NCBI GenBank assembly: GCA_013265495.1
Contig: MU061804.1
Coordinates: 868,001-932,000 of the forward strand
DNA from: Vicugna vicugna
Lineage: Eukaryota
Length of the DNA stretch: 64,000 nucleotides
Reading direction: 5' to 3'
The position numbers and the translations under genes were made by a program. Under the pieces are notes generated by a model. The model did not search any database. It saw only the letters and a program-made list of their open reading frames with translations, and had not been told where the DNA came from. Below, piece after piece: positions 1-13,200 of this stretch; position 1 is the first letter of the stretch, and every line of letters starts with the position of its first letter.

Positions 1-933
1 TGAAAAGGCAAAGCGACTGCTCAGGAGCTGACCCCTGGGCGAGCCGGCGGGAGGAAGGGGGCCGTGTCCACCTGGCCCGACCGCCGGGGTGTCACCGGGG
101 CCTGGCTCCTGAGAACAGTCCAGGGCGGCGTGGGGGCCACGAGGGCTCCGACCACTGTGCACCCTCGCGAGGCGCCCCTCCCTGGAGGCGACATGTGACA
201 GTGACTGTGATGCAGGGTCTCAGAGCCCCTCCTCCCAGGGGAGGCGGAGGCACCCTCGAGGGCCCCGGCCTGCCCGCCCCTTCCTGCGGCCAGAGCGGGG
301 CCCCACAGCTCCGAGCCCCGGGTTCCTGCTCTGCAGTCAATCTCACAAGGTGAGTGTGAGGGTAAAGAATGGCCAGACAGAGCAGCAGCTGCCGGGCACC
401 CAGCGGTCACTTCACGCTCCTGATGCGCCGCAGCCCTGCGATCATGGCCCTTCCCTTACAGGCGAGGAGCCTGAGGGCCGGGGAGTCCAGGGAGGCAGGC
501 CTGTGAGTGGAGCCTGGCGCCCTGCACCACCGCCCAGCCGACCGGGCACGTCCCCTGGCGTGGGCCCACTCCCCAGCAGGACTCGGGATTCGGAGCCCCG
601 CTGACCACCCGCAGGGAAGGTGCCCTGATCCCACGCGTCCCGAGGGCCGGGAACGGGGGGACCTGGTTCTCGTCCACCAGGTGGAGCAGACCCTGAAGAC
701 TAAGGGCCTGGCAGGAGGAGGGGCCGTCTGTCTGCAAACCGAGAAGTCAGGATGTGGAGCGAAACTACACCCCCCCATCCCTGTCCCTGCGGTCAGGGCC
801 CGGGGGCCTGGGAGAGGGAGTCCAGCATGCGGCCCCCACCGACGGACAGACAGACCCACAGCTCCAGGGAGAGCCCCTGTCCGGGTCGCCGGGTGGAACA
901 GACTCCCCGAGAGCCTCACTCATTAACATTGGC

Positions 934-947
934 GTTGCCATGACAAC
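934..947. promoter_or_regulatory. RFX X-box (GTTGCCATGACAAC)
   Basis: Near-perfect palindromic match to GTTRCCATGGYAAC; motif match only, no binding data. Confidence 0.55.
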
Positions 948-996
948 GAGCCGTTGCCAGGGAGCCGCCAACTAGGAGAGTGAGAATCAGCGAGGC

Positions 997-1006
997 CTAA
1001 AAATAA
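997..1006. promoter_or_regulatory. MEF2 site (CTAAAAATAA)
   Basis: Matches YTA(W)4TAR; motif match only. Confidence 0.45.
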
Positions 1007-4000
1007 AGCCGCTATGTCTCCAAGTCCGCGTGTAACAGGCCGCGAGCTCGCCGCCTCCCCCCCAGCGGCCCCCACCGCTGCTCCGGCCCCGAGCCGCTCA
1101 GACGGGCGGCAGAGGGTCGCAGGGAGGGGCCAGGCGGGACGCTGCTGTCCAGAGGCCAGGAGCAAGCCGCACCGGTGGGCCGCCTCGCAGAGCCTGAGGG
1201 CACCTCCTTCCCTCTGGGAGGTGCCCGGTCCAGCGCCAACCTCCACTGCACGTGGAAGCAGGGCCACCCTAAGCTGTCAGAATTTGCCAGAATTTGCCCA
1301 GCCCCTTGGCTCTGGGAGAACCCTCTCCCTCGGACAACTTTTCTCTTGGAAAACATCACCGAGGCCCAAGCCCCAGAGGCATCTGTGGGAGCAGGAGCCC
1401 CGATCGAGCAGCGTGTGTGGCTCATGGCTCCTTTCACGACTGATACTGGCAGGGCCGTCGTGGGCCTGGCTCCAAGAAGGAAGGTACCCTAACACTGAAA
1501 ATCGTGGGGAAATCGTAAACATCCCCAAGGGGCAGGCGAGGGTCTTCCCGGCTGGTTCTGGCACCGCAGGGGAACGCCTGGGTCCGCCCGTCTCCCCCGC
1601 CAGCCTCGACTCCCCACAAAGGCAGCGATCCCGCTAACTCACCCCATAACCTTAGCGTCCACACCACCCCAGACACACCGTCTGCACACGGCAGAGGGCA
1701 TGTCCTGGGCGAACGGAGAGACGTCAGCAGTAGCAGCCTCTGACCAGGACAAAACCTCGCTCTCTCCAGATTCTAAGCTCTGCACCCCGAGAGCCAAGCC
1801 CTATCCCTGCCCAGGCCTCTGTGCTCAAGAAGTGGTTTATCAGTTGTACCGGGGCATCATGCCTTGAGCAGATCAGATCAATTAAAACCCAGAACTTCGT
1901 GGGCAATAATTTCCCTGACGAGCAATCGTAACAGGGTTTTGTCGAATGTAGACCTGCCCGATTTCTTCCGAGTCTGACTTGTTTAATTCAGATAGTGTGT
2001 GGTCCTTGGAATCTGTGCTTTGCATGAAGCTGCAGCAGCCTGGCTCCTGGCTTCCCTCCTCACGGCCACGCTCACCCTGGAGATCTCCCCCGACCATGGC
2101 TAACGTGTGCTCAGCACACGCAAACAGCGGCGAATCTTCCTGTCAGCGCAAGAAGTTCGTCCTCGAGAAACGAGAGCGCGTATCTTGCTCACCATCACCC
2201 CGTACAAAGAAGTAACCCATCTCCTGGTTCTTCGGCTGTCCTGGATTATCCAGCCACTAATCCAAATGCCGGCTCCCCTGGTCCCCGAGCTCGTGCAAAT
2301 AAGCAGCAGTAGCAGGGAGAAGATAAGCAGACTGGGGTGGGGGTGAGCGAGCCGGGCTGATGGTCCCCCGAATCCCAGCCTCCGAGCAAGACCAAAGCCC
2401 CGTGAACCCATGTACGCTCCCGAGAGGAGAGCGGCCGGGGTCCTGCTGAGCCAGAGACGCGCACCACTGCGGTGTTGCGACAGAGGTTCATGTTTTACAG
2501 AAATACAGCAACAAGAGCCTTCTTTCGGCTCAAGCCTGCTTTTAGCATCATCTCTAGAGAAGTTCAAGGTCACGGACACAAAGTCAGACCCCCCAGATCA
2601 CTGGAGGGGACGTGTGTTGGCAGCATGGACCGTTCCCGGGACCAGGACACCCAAACCAAGCCAGGGCTGCTGTTGTCAGCGGACTCTACCAGCGCCAGGA
2701 AGTGGGGTGGCACCCCAGGAACTACAGAACCCCGGATTACATGGGCCCCGAGCTCCCGATTCAGGAAGACCCACCTGATTACCAGTCTTCGCGTGGGAGC
2801 CACGTGCCCACCCAACCTGGACCGCGGGGTCTCCAGCAGGGCCCTTGACTGCAAACCAAAGGGGAAAGTCAGTCCTGACACTGCCTGCAAGCAGGGCTCT
2901 TCTGAAAGCATCATGTTCCTTCCTGCTAAATGAGCCCCAGGGGACAGCCCCAGCCATCACCGCACAGCCGTCCTGCTCCATCCACTCCAGCCTGGCCTCC
3001 CTGCGTCTGTGTGCCTTCTTCCCTCCCTGCGCTGCAGTCCCGCTCCAGCCGCAGATGCCAGCAGAAGGAATTACTTCGGCGGGATGATGCTGCCGGCTTC
3101 AACCGGCCCGGGAGAGGCTCGGGTCCCCAGCAGCAGGTCAAGATGTGCGTGTGGATGACTGAGTGACTTCCTGCTTTGTCTTCTGACACCTCTTCACCTC
3201 AGGGGGATGATTCCTCACTCAGACACCTGGGCCCACTTTCTGGAGATGCCACCAGCCCAGTGGTCATCACATCTGCCTCGTCACAGACCCCGAGGGCACA
3301 CACCAGCACCAAACACCCAGATCCGCCCCGTGGGAACTGGGTTGAAATCCACCTGTGCCCCTGAGTCACCCAACCCTCGAGCAGGTTCCCAGGCATCAGG
3401 ATGGAGGCACTGTGACCAAGCAGGGGCTTCTGCATGGGAAAGGAAAGGAGGCTCCTGCGGGCCTTGAAGGGGGTGCATAAATGGCCGTCAGCACCACCGT
3501 CACCACCCCCGGACACCCTGCTGCCTGTCACCACTCCACCTGGCCTCATCCTCAACTCCCAACCTCGCAGAGTTCACGTCCCCATCCCGGCCCTGGTGAC
3601 ATCGATCCCTCACCGCGACCCAACCGAAGCTGCGGAAACACAGGCCGCTCTGCACTGGCCCCCAGATGTTCTGCTGCAGAAGCAAGAGATAAAAATAAAG
3701 TCACACCAAGCAGAAGATGAGATGCCTCTCCCGCCCTGCCCGCCTTCCTGCAACAGATCAACTTGTTTTCTTACTTTGCATTTGCCATTTTTAGAAGGGG
3801 GTTGAAAGTAAAATCCAAGACTCCACTGGAGAGAAGGCGAGCCCAGCAGCCTCCCTGCCGCCTCCCGGGCACGCGGCACACACCACGCTCGCAGCACCCG
3901 GCGCACGCTGCGGGGCCCCCGGCACGTGAAGGGCCGGCTCGCAAACCTTCCGACTTCGGTTGCAAACCGGACTGGGGGACTGGAGGGGTCTTGGCTCCTG

Positions 4001-4323
4001 AAAGAGCAAGGCAGTTGCCATTTTAAGGAAATGCATGAGAGTCTTTCAGGAGACCTCTGCCTGAAACGCAGGAAAATCTGGCTGCCTCGGCCCCATGAGA
4101 CCCTCTCAGATTCCAAATGTCCTTCCCCAGGTGGTTTCCAGAGATGAGCTTTCTGAAGCTCAAGACAGTTATTTTAAACTCCAGCTCCTTAAATTGTATT
4201 TCTAAGATATAACTAGGGATTCCTTACTCTTGGCCAGACAACTGCTAATAAGGCCCTGTGTACGCGGTGGTGCGAGCCAGTGAAACCCGCCAAACACCCA
4301 CAGCGGCCCCGAGGCATGCCCGC

Positions 4324-4420
4324 CTCTCTCTCCATCTCTGTGTCTCTCTGTCTGTGTCTTTCTGTCTCTCGCTCCCCATCTCTGTCTCAGCCTGTCTCTC
4401 ACACCCGTGCACACACACAC
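4324..4420 (+). repeat. Low-complexity (TC/TG) tract ending in (CA)n
   Basis: ctctctctccatctctgtgtctctctgtctgtgtctttctgtctctc...cacacacacac. Confidence 0.8.
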
Positions 4421-7400
4421 GGAGCACCATTTGTCTCGAAGTGCATCACACTTCAGGCTCATGATGGCCTCCTAGCGAGTTTCTTCTTGTTACAACCACC
4501 AGACAGACCTCCGACACACACAGTGATGCTTACAGATTTTTCTAGAGGTGTTTGATTACTGTTCTTATGAAAGCAACTCCAGTAGTAACACACGTCCTGC
4601 AAAACCAAGACCATGGTGGGGCCCAGGGTAACGTTGAGACTCGCCCCCAGTAAGGACAGACACCCAGCCAGGAGAGCCCCATGTCTGCTCGGCACGGATC
4701 GCCCAGTCACCAGATGCGGGAGGTCCGGGGACCGGGGCACCTGGATTAGAGTCTCCAGGAAGCTCAAGTGTGTGGAAAGGCACCGGTGCTTGGCGGTTTC
4801 CATGTCGGATACCAAGCCCTCAGTCAGACCTCAGGTTAAGCCCGGAAGAACCGCCTCAGAGACAAACAGCATTTGTTATGGGGCAAGACGCCTTTGCTGG
4901 CGAGGGTGGGCGTGGATGACTGTGCCTCTGGCTTCGCTGGGTTAGCTCAGCCTCCCAGGCGTCCCGGCGTGGGCCGAGCGTCAGCTGCTGGGACGGGAAG
5001 TGCAACCGATGATTAAACATGAAGACACGGCTCTGCTGGACGGTGAACAGCCACTGCCCCCTGGCAGTGCCCTTCCTCAGGCCCCCAGATCCTCCCTCAA
5101 ATTCAGACAGACGGTCTCGGCTCATGAGACGGGCAGCCCTGGCCAAGGGCCTCCTTGTGAGCGTCTCAGCTCACACAGCCATCCTCGCCAAGCGGGGCGG
5201 CCCCGGGTCCACACAGCCCCCACTCCGCTCCCCCCTCTACTCCCCACTCAGCACCTGGTTACTCTCGGGCCTGAACTGCGCTGTGTGCACGACGTGTCCA
5301 CGTGCGTGTCTGTCATTCCTCTGAGACTGGAAGCCTCTGACGTCTCACGCTTGGCTCATCGCTTTACACGTAACACGTGCCTGGGCACCGCACGTATTTC
5401 AGGAACGTCTGCGGCTAGAGACGTCTAAAACCCGAAGCTCTAACAGCCTCCAAGAGGACTCCCACCCTCCCCAAGCCCCGCGGGGCCCGGCCCCCTCTGT
5501 GAAACTGTTCTGGGCTCACCTCCCCCGGGGTTTCTGCTCCTCCTAACCTCCAGGGACGCACTGCGCCTCCGACACCTCATCGGACTGGTTCCGTCTTGTG
5601 AACGTCCGAGTCTCGCCGAGTGTCCCCTCACCCCGCCAGACGGGACGGTCCCTGAAGGCCAGGACCTCGGGGAGACGCACACATCAGAAATCCACGCCTG
5701 AAAGACGCATGTCCCGTGGGAGATGCTAACCCACTTCCCATTGTTCTAAGTGGGAAATGATGACTGTCCAGCTCAGCCCCCTGCCTCCCTAAACGCCCCC
5801 AAACCCAGCTCAGCCCGAGGCGTCCATGCGCCACTCCCACCCCCAATTACCAACCGGGGAGGGGCACCTCACCCGCTACCCACCCCTCAACGCCTGCCTT
5901 CCCGTAGCTCTGGGCGTGGCACCAGGGGTTTCACACAGAGAGAGGAGGAGAGGTTCCTGACATCCCAGGCTTCCGGCCCCTCGGGGTGACAGCCACACAC
6001 ACGACTACACACGGTTTCCAGTTCTGTAAGAGACGGGAGCATGAGGGGCAGCCCGAAAGGTTGTAACATGGAGCCTGGGGACATTCGATGAGGCCTGAGT
6101 AGAAGGAAAAGGAGGTTCTGGGCCTCGTCCCTGTGACCTGCCACCTCCCAGACCCGCCAGCCCGTCTCCAGACTGGACACGTGAGGCCGGCCTCTCGGGG
6201 GGGGGGAGGGACTCAAACCTCCACATGCACAGCTTTCCCAGTCCAACTGCAGAGCCTGTCGCCCGGTGTCACCCAGACCCTTCATTCAAAGGGCCCTGGG
6301 GAGTGCACGCCTCCGAGGGAGGGTGGCGGCTGGAGAGAGGGAGGAGACGGGAGACTCGCTGGCTCCCCCAGCCCCCAGCACAGGAGGTGGAGACCCCGTC
6401 CCTCGGGAGGGAGGGAGGGAGGCTCTGGGGGGTGGGGTGTGCGTAAGAGGTTTTCAATATGCATTCTGAGCAACATGTTAGCCGTCTGGTTCTGAGTCAT
6501 TCATAACTCATCAACTTGTTTTGCAAGCGCCGTTTGATGTCCAAGAAGCATCCGGGCCTCCCCAACCCCGTGCCCCTTTGAAGTGTGCCGTGTGGATGTC
6601 ACAGCGGTCTGTGCCCTGGGAGCAGAGCCAGGGGCCCTGGCCCCGAAATGGGCGAGGGGCCGGCCTGTGGTGCGGGCCCTGCAGCCTACAGCCCCCGGGC
6701 CACCCCGAGCTCTGCTCAGCCATCCCTCTGCCGTCAGGATGCTTCCCGGTGCCCGGGTGGGGGCTGCCGGAGCTGGGGGCGAGGTGGGGGCTTGTCCACG
6801 CTCACCTCCTTGGTTGCTGACAAGGCCAGGTGGGCACAAAGGAGGTTCAGAAAGTGACCCTAAAAGCAGGAAGCCCAGGACAGGCTCAGTGTTTGACGAC
6901 GCTCCCGCCGCAGCAGGACGTCCCCCAGAGGCAGCTGCGGGGGGGGGCACCTGGTTGTCACTAGCCTGGGGGGGAGCTGGGAGGGGTGGAAGCCAAGGGT
7001 CTAGGCCCCCCACAACGGGGGAGACCTACCCCAGCGGGGAGCAGTCCTGGCCGAGATGCCAACAGCACCTGAGCGAGAGCCGCATGGAGAGGAAGGGGGC
7101 GGGGCCGTGACGCTGCGTCCTGTGGCACCGGGGGGCACAAAACGGGACAGGCAGACGCGACACCCGACTCCATCTTCTTGGCAACCAGCCTGTCCCTTCT
7201 CCGCCCTGACGTCACTGCCTTTCTGAACAGTTCAGAGGCGCGTCCCTCTGTGGGGAAGACCACCCACACTCGACTTCAGACAGCCCTCAGCGTGGAGATC
7301 AAGTCACTTCCTAAACACTCCAGGGGACGTTAACAGGATGGCCAGGACTCTATCAGCCAAGGAAACAGAAAACCCGTGGACTGCAAACAGCCGCTCGCTA

Positions 7401-8104
7401 GGTTCCCGTGACCACGCACGTAGCGCTCCAGAAACAAAGCCTCTCCTTGCGGAGAAGAGAAGTCTGCCTGGGGTGGGGGCCACAGGGACGCGTCAGGTGG
7501 ACGCGTCTCCCGCGGGGCCCGGCGCTTTCCGAGGGGCTGCGGCCCTCTGCCCGCTCAGGCAGGAGCCGGCAGAGCTCAGAGTCCACTCACAACCCGTCCG
7601 AACTGGAGGAGGAGTCAAGGCGGTGTCGGCCGGAGGCGCTTCCCCGCGAAGCGGGTCCTTCCTCCTCCGAGTGGCAGCTGGTGAGACGGCCGGGGGCTGG
7701 GGGCGGCCCCCCAGGAGGCAGAGGGCAGGACAGACGTCTCCCAGAGGGTGTGATTCTGAAGGACCCAGGAGAGAAGCCGGGGCTCCTGCCTCCCCCAGTA
7801 ACCCCCACGCCCATTAATAAAGCTGGAAACATCTTTAAATGGCCCAAGAGAAGACGGAAAAGATGAACCATTACCACTCGCGCTGGCTGTCATGGCTGCC
7901 GCCTGGTTCCTTAGCTCCTGTGCAGGTTTTAACAGAGAGAGGAACTTGAGAGCGCACAACAGCATCGACTGCCTGGAGGGAAGGGGACCGGGCGTCCGGC
8001 AAGGAGGGGAAACACACAAAACGAGAGCCTTGAGACGATGAAGCTTCAGCTGGAGCAGCTCCAAGGTCCCAGGCCGGCCGCTGCCCACCCCCCGGCAGCT
8101 GGAG

Positions 8105-8140
8105 CCTCAGTTTCCCTATTTTTCACAATGAAAGATTGCG
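8105..8140 (+). mobile_element. MIR core fragment
   Basis: gcctcagtttccctatttttcacaatgaaaga resembles gcctcagtttcctcatctgtaaaatgggga. Confidence 0.5.
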
Positions 8141-10077
8141 CCCCAAGGCTTTCCAACCCTAAGACGCTGTAAGTCGATTTATCCAAAGCAACGTCTGCGT
8201 GTTGCCTGGGTCCGCTCAGATGAGGGGAGCAGGGGTCCAAGGTCATCAAATTACATTTCCCTCGTCAGCACAACTCAGAAGGAAAAACAGAAATATTTTT
8301 GCACAGGATGAAGGATTAAAAAATATACATATAAACGGTCAGGAATCTCCGAGTCCTCGCCAGGCAGACTAATATGCTGGAATTGCTGCCCCAGAAGCAA
8401 GGCTCCTCTTCCATGCTGGGTGTGCACCCCTCTCTCAGGGATCAAATCCAATCCAGATTCATCTAAACTGGTCAGGACACCCCCGTTCTCCCTGCCAAAG
8501 GGACATCTGACTGACTCCCGGCCAATGAGACAAGGTAGTGCCAGCTGGACGCTTCTGGGAAAGGTGTCCTCAGTCCTGATCCTCAGGGCAGAGCTGCCCT
8601 GGACGCTGCTGCTCCACCTGTGATGTCCGGAGCAGTGGCAGCCATCCTGTGACTTCCAGGGGGGCTCTCTGAGGACGGCCCTGGCAGAGCACAGGCACCA
8701 GGAGGACCATACCTCAAAGTCCATCAGGACGTCATGGGTGCGACACAGGACATCCTGGAGCCAGGCGAGAGGGACAAACTCGCCACCAGTGTCGGGGGGA
8801 TGAGTTCACACAGCCAGTGCCTCACCGACAGAGGCTTCAGGGAGAGTCACGGGGGATTTTGGATAGCAGACCACAGTGTGGGACTAAGAGCAAGTGCGAC
8901 ACACACACAGCGCGTCCCTCACTGAAGACAAACCACCCAACATCATGGTGCCGCTCTGGGCGTCACCTCTGATGGCCCTGGGCAGCTGTGCGCCCTGCCG
9001 CTCCGGGTCCTCGTCCCTCGAAACCAGGACCCACGTCTGACCCTCCCACCCCATCCCAGCCCTCCTGGGCCTCCCCGGTGCAGCCTGACAGCCACAGGGA
9101 GAAAATGAAGAGGTTTTCTACCAGGGACACTGCAGGAATCTGTCTTTGTCTCGATGTGGTTCCATTTCCGGGTTTTGTAATGAAGTCCCCAGGACCTGGG
9201 GACGTGGAGATGCCAGGGCATCGAGCAGCCCTGCGCTGTCCCCTCCCCCACCACGCACATCTCAGGAGCCGCAGTGAATGGCTGACCCGCCGGTCGTCCT
9301 GTGCCAGGACACAACCGAGGGCCTCCCGGGGCTGCGTCCTGGGGGAGGCAGAGGCTGGAGGAGTGGCAGGCGGCTGCCCCGGCCCCGAGCCCTGTCCTGG
9401 GCTCCAGTCCCAAGGCCACCTCTCCCCGCCGGGGCAGGCAACCACACGGTGACAGAGGGTCATTTCCATACAAGGGCCTTCCGGCAGTGAAAGCTCATTT
9501 AGGAGGAAATAAATTTGAATCAAATTTACGAAACCGGAGAACATGCAAATCAGGCACCTTCCCAGTGAACCTGTGGCTTGGTTTGCAAATGATTCGGATG
9601 TTGCATTTCAAGACGGGGTTCACCTCTGCACCGGACTGATTCTGGGGAGGTTGTTTACAGAAGCCCTGGTCCTACTAAAGGGCTCTCACGATGTCAGATT
9701 GTGAAATTAACGAGATGCATTTTAGTTTGGAGCTTCTGGTTCAAAAACCAATTATCCTCCAGTTTGGGCCGGTCAATCCCTGATTTAAACATAGGAAAAC
9801 CGCACTGATCTGAATGTTTCTGGAGGAAGAAGACAGAGAGGAGTCTTGTCTAAACGGATGAGAAAATTCCAAACGGCTGGTTTTTGAAGAAAGACGGTTC
9901 CAGTGCTTGTAGCGATGAGCACACCGCAGGCTGAGGTTTAAACGAGCACTCGTGAGTGAAGCTGAGTTAGTCACCGAAAAGTTACCATCCACAGCAGGCT
10001 TTTATTACGTAATAATGAATTACTTTATATCAGAGTCTGAATTTTTTTATTTAGTAATGTTTTTTAGAGTTTTGGCT

Positions 10078-10250
10078 TCTTTTAGTGGAAGTAGAGTTGA
10101 TTACAACGCTGTGCTGGCTTCCGGTGTGCGGCAGACTGACTCAGTTATGCACACATGTCTTCTTTTTCATTATGTTATTGAGCTTGTTACAGGTTACGAG
10201 AGACTGAATATAGTTCCCTGTGCTACCCAGTTGGACCCTGTTGTTTAAAT
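10078..10250 (-). mobile_element. L1 3' end fragment (older cetartiodactyl/laurasiatherian type)
   Basis: gaagtagagttgattacaacgctgtgctggcttccggtgt...actgaatatagttccctgtgcta...ggaccctgttgttta resembles the L1 3' UTR and the 49319 copy. Confidence 0.75.
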
Positions 10251-13200
10251 TTTTTTTAATCAATAGGAAACACAGACTGTGTCCGATTTCCTGGGGCACA
10301 GTTTGAACTTAAGTTTCACAAAACTTAGGATTTAACTGGGCACCTTCAGCGGTCAGTGAGCGGCTTCAGTGGACACAGACGCAGGGAGGCCGGGCGGGGG
10401 TCCACTCGAGGAAGAACGCACGCCCCCCTGAGTGTGGAATCTGCCTTGCCAGCAGAAGCAGCCAGCAGCCTGCGGGGACTCACACGTCCACCTCCCCGTC
10501 CCGGCAGCTACAGCTCCCACCTCGGGCCAGGGGTCCCGGGAGGAAGGATGCGTTGGGCCAGCCGCTACCTGGTGGGGAGGCGGCTCGGGACAGTGCGCCG
10601 GGCAGGGGCTGCCGACCTAGACAGGGCCAGACAGGCTTTGCCAGGCAGCTCCAGCCCATCCACCATGAACCAGAAGGCAACTGCAGATGGGTCCTGTGCT
10701 GCTCGAATCTCTAGGTGCCTGGGTCTTCCCCGTACCCCACCCACCTTGCTCCTATCAGCTCTGGTCGGGTTGGCCCATGTGACGTTTGAAACACCCAGGA
10801 AGAGCTGTCTGCAGGGAGCCTGGGCCTCCAGGATGCTAAACCGGCCGCCGTCGCTGCCTCCCGGGACCGCGCTGCCCACCCCGGCAGCCCCCGCCCCTTC
10901 CACGTCGCTCTCTCACCGGGGCCGTGGGCCCCCTTCTCTTGCATTTCACCGTGAATGTGTGTACGTCCCGGCTGGAGCTGCGAAGGCCTTCCTTCCAAAA
11001 GTGGTCCAAGCCAGAGGGGGTCTGGAACAGCAGTCCCACATTCCTCACTCGCAAAGATGTTACTTTCCCTCGTGACTCCCAGCCGCTGTGCAGCGTGTCG
11101 GGAACCTCGATGCCACTTACAGTCTCTGAGTCTGAAACACCAGCTTGACAGTGAACGGAAGAGCAGTTTGGAAGTTGGAGACCGTCTATAAATTACTTCT
11201 GTGTGAAAACTCAAATCATCTCACCGCTGGAACTCTGTTCAGGCTACACTGAGGGCATCTTGCCAGGAAGACCAGGTTGTCCTTTATCAGTTTATCCCTG
11301 AGAAGGACACAGGGTCCTGGACTCACTAATTCCCACAGAGAAGGTGGTTAACTGGCAAAGCTCAGGGAGGAAGCTGGATGCACGCAAGGAGCTTCCCAGA
11401 CCAGCAGGAGGACTCCGGGCCCCGTCCTGGGACCAGCTTCTGGGCCACCAGCAGCAGCACGTGCACAAGCCAGTCTCAGGAGTCGCCACGGGGCAGCGCG
11501 CAACCTCTGGCGCAGACGCCACGAGAAGCCGCACGCCCAGAGAAGGCCCCGCTCCACCAGGGTCCGCTCTGCCAGTCACACTTGCCGGGGAGGGCACACC
11601 TGGGGATGTGGCGTGGGGGCTCCCCAGTCCGAAACCTCTGCCCCAGGTCCCCGGGAACTTGGGCCCGTGGCCTCAGAGGGCTCTCCCCTCGGGAGCCGGG
11701 AGCGCCGCTGACACTGACCACAGCGGAGGGTGGACACAGGGCCCCCGCCCCACGCTTCCCGCAGGAGCCGGCCCCTCCCTCTGGCACCGACGGTCCTCGC
11801 CGTGCCCACGACCAGAAGGCATTTTAATGGAAAGCAATTGTTTTCCCTCGTGACAACAATGTTGTCCAAAGGACCCTGTCTCTGAAACAGCAGAGCTCTG
11901 GAGCTGCAGGATGGGGGAGCTGGAAACGCCCTTCGGCACGTCCGACCCCGCCTTTCCCGCAGGAGAAACGGGGCCCCGAGACCTGCCCGAGTGGCGGCGG
12001 CTCAGCCCCAGGCCCAGGTGCTTCCTGCTGCCTGGGGCGGGGGCAGGTCTGGGTCTGGCCCGCCCTCTGCCCTCCGGCCGTGCGGTCAGGGCGGCCTGGG
12101 AAGCCCCGCCGAGGCTCTGGGACACCAGCAGCGCCCCTCGTGACCAGTCACCCGGACCAGCTGACGGTGGTGGGCACAGCCACGGAGCCACGGCTCCTGC
12201 CACCACCGCCGCCGTGGCCAGGGGCGTTCAGACACACACGTCTCTCCTCCCACGAAGGGACGGACACTCACAGGACAGCGTCAGAACATGGTTTCCGTAA
12301 CTCGAAGCTTCTCTACCAGGTTCCACTGTCACCAGAAAGACATCCGGTCAGCCTGCCGTTGGGAACAAAGCATCCCAGTGTCCCCACAGGACCTTCGTTT
12401 GGGAAGCCATCCCACCTTCTAGGGGATGGCTTTTCAGGTGTCCCAGGGCAGGACGCGGGCTAGACCCTGACGGACGCGCAGCTGCTGGAGGGCAGGAAAC
12501 CCAGGGACGCCTCCCCCGGGTGTGTGATGAATAAGCGAAGGAATGAATGGAGCGCCCAGCAGAGGCCAATGAACATCTGCAACACTGCCAAAACATTGCT
12601 TAAAAACAACGGCCTCGGGACAGCTAAGCCCTGGACGGAGGCCGCACAACATGGCAGGGGGTGGGGGTGCCCTTCCCGCCTCCGCTCGGCCCCACCGAGC
12701 AGACACACCTGGGAGTGACGAGACGCGCCCTCGGCGACGCCGGTGGCGGCAGACTCACCGCGCCCCTTCCTACAGTGTTGTGAAACCCTCTGTTGAAGTC
12801 GATTGGCAATGTTTAAACAGCACGTCGCACAGAAGTACGCTGTTACTGATCAGGCATGAGGAGCAAGGCAGTGCCATTTCATGCTAACGCAGCACACACG
12901 GAAAGCCCTCGCCTTTCCAAACACACCTTCAAGGTTTCACATAATCTCGTTTTAGTGTAGGAACGGTGAGCACCAGTCCCTCAGCGGAGAAATGCCGGGC
13001 ACGGCCCAGAAGACGCTTCCCCTGGGCTCGGAAGTGCCGGTGCCCGACCTTGAGGACTCCGACTCTGACCTTGATCAAGGCAGTGGCGCCAGACGCACTT
13101 TGCTGTCTGGGAGCACGGATCGGAAAGGATGCGCGTTCCCCACCTGGAGGCGCGCTCCCCGGTCGTCCCGCGAGTGTTGCCCCCCTTCCTTAACCACCAC

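Noticed and set aside
3487-3507. gtcagcaccaccgtcaccacc, resembling an RE1/NRSE (REST) site
   Set aside because: The left half matches but the essential GGACAG right half is broken.
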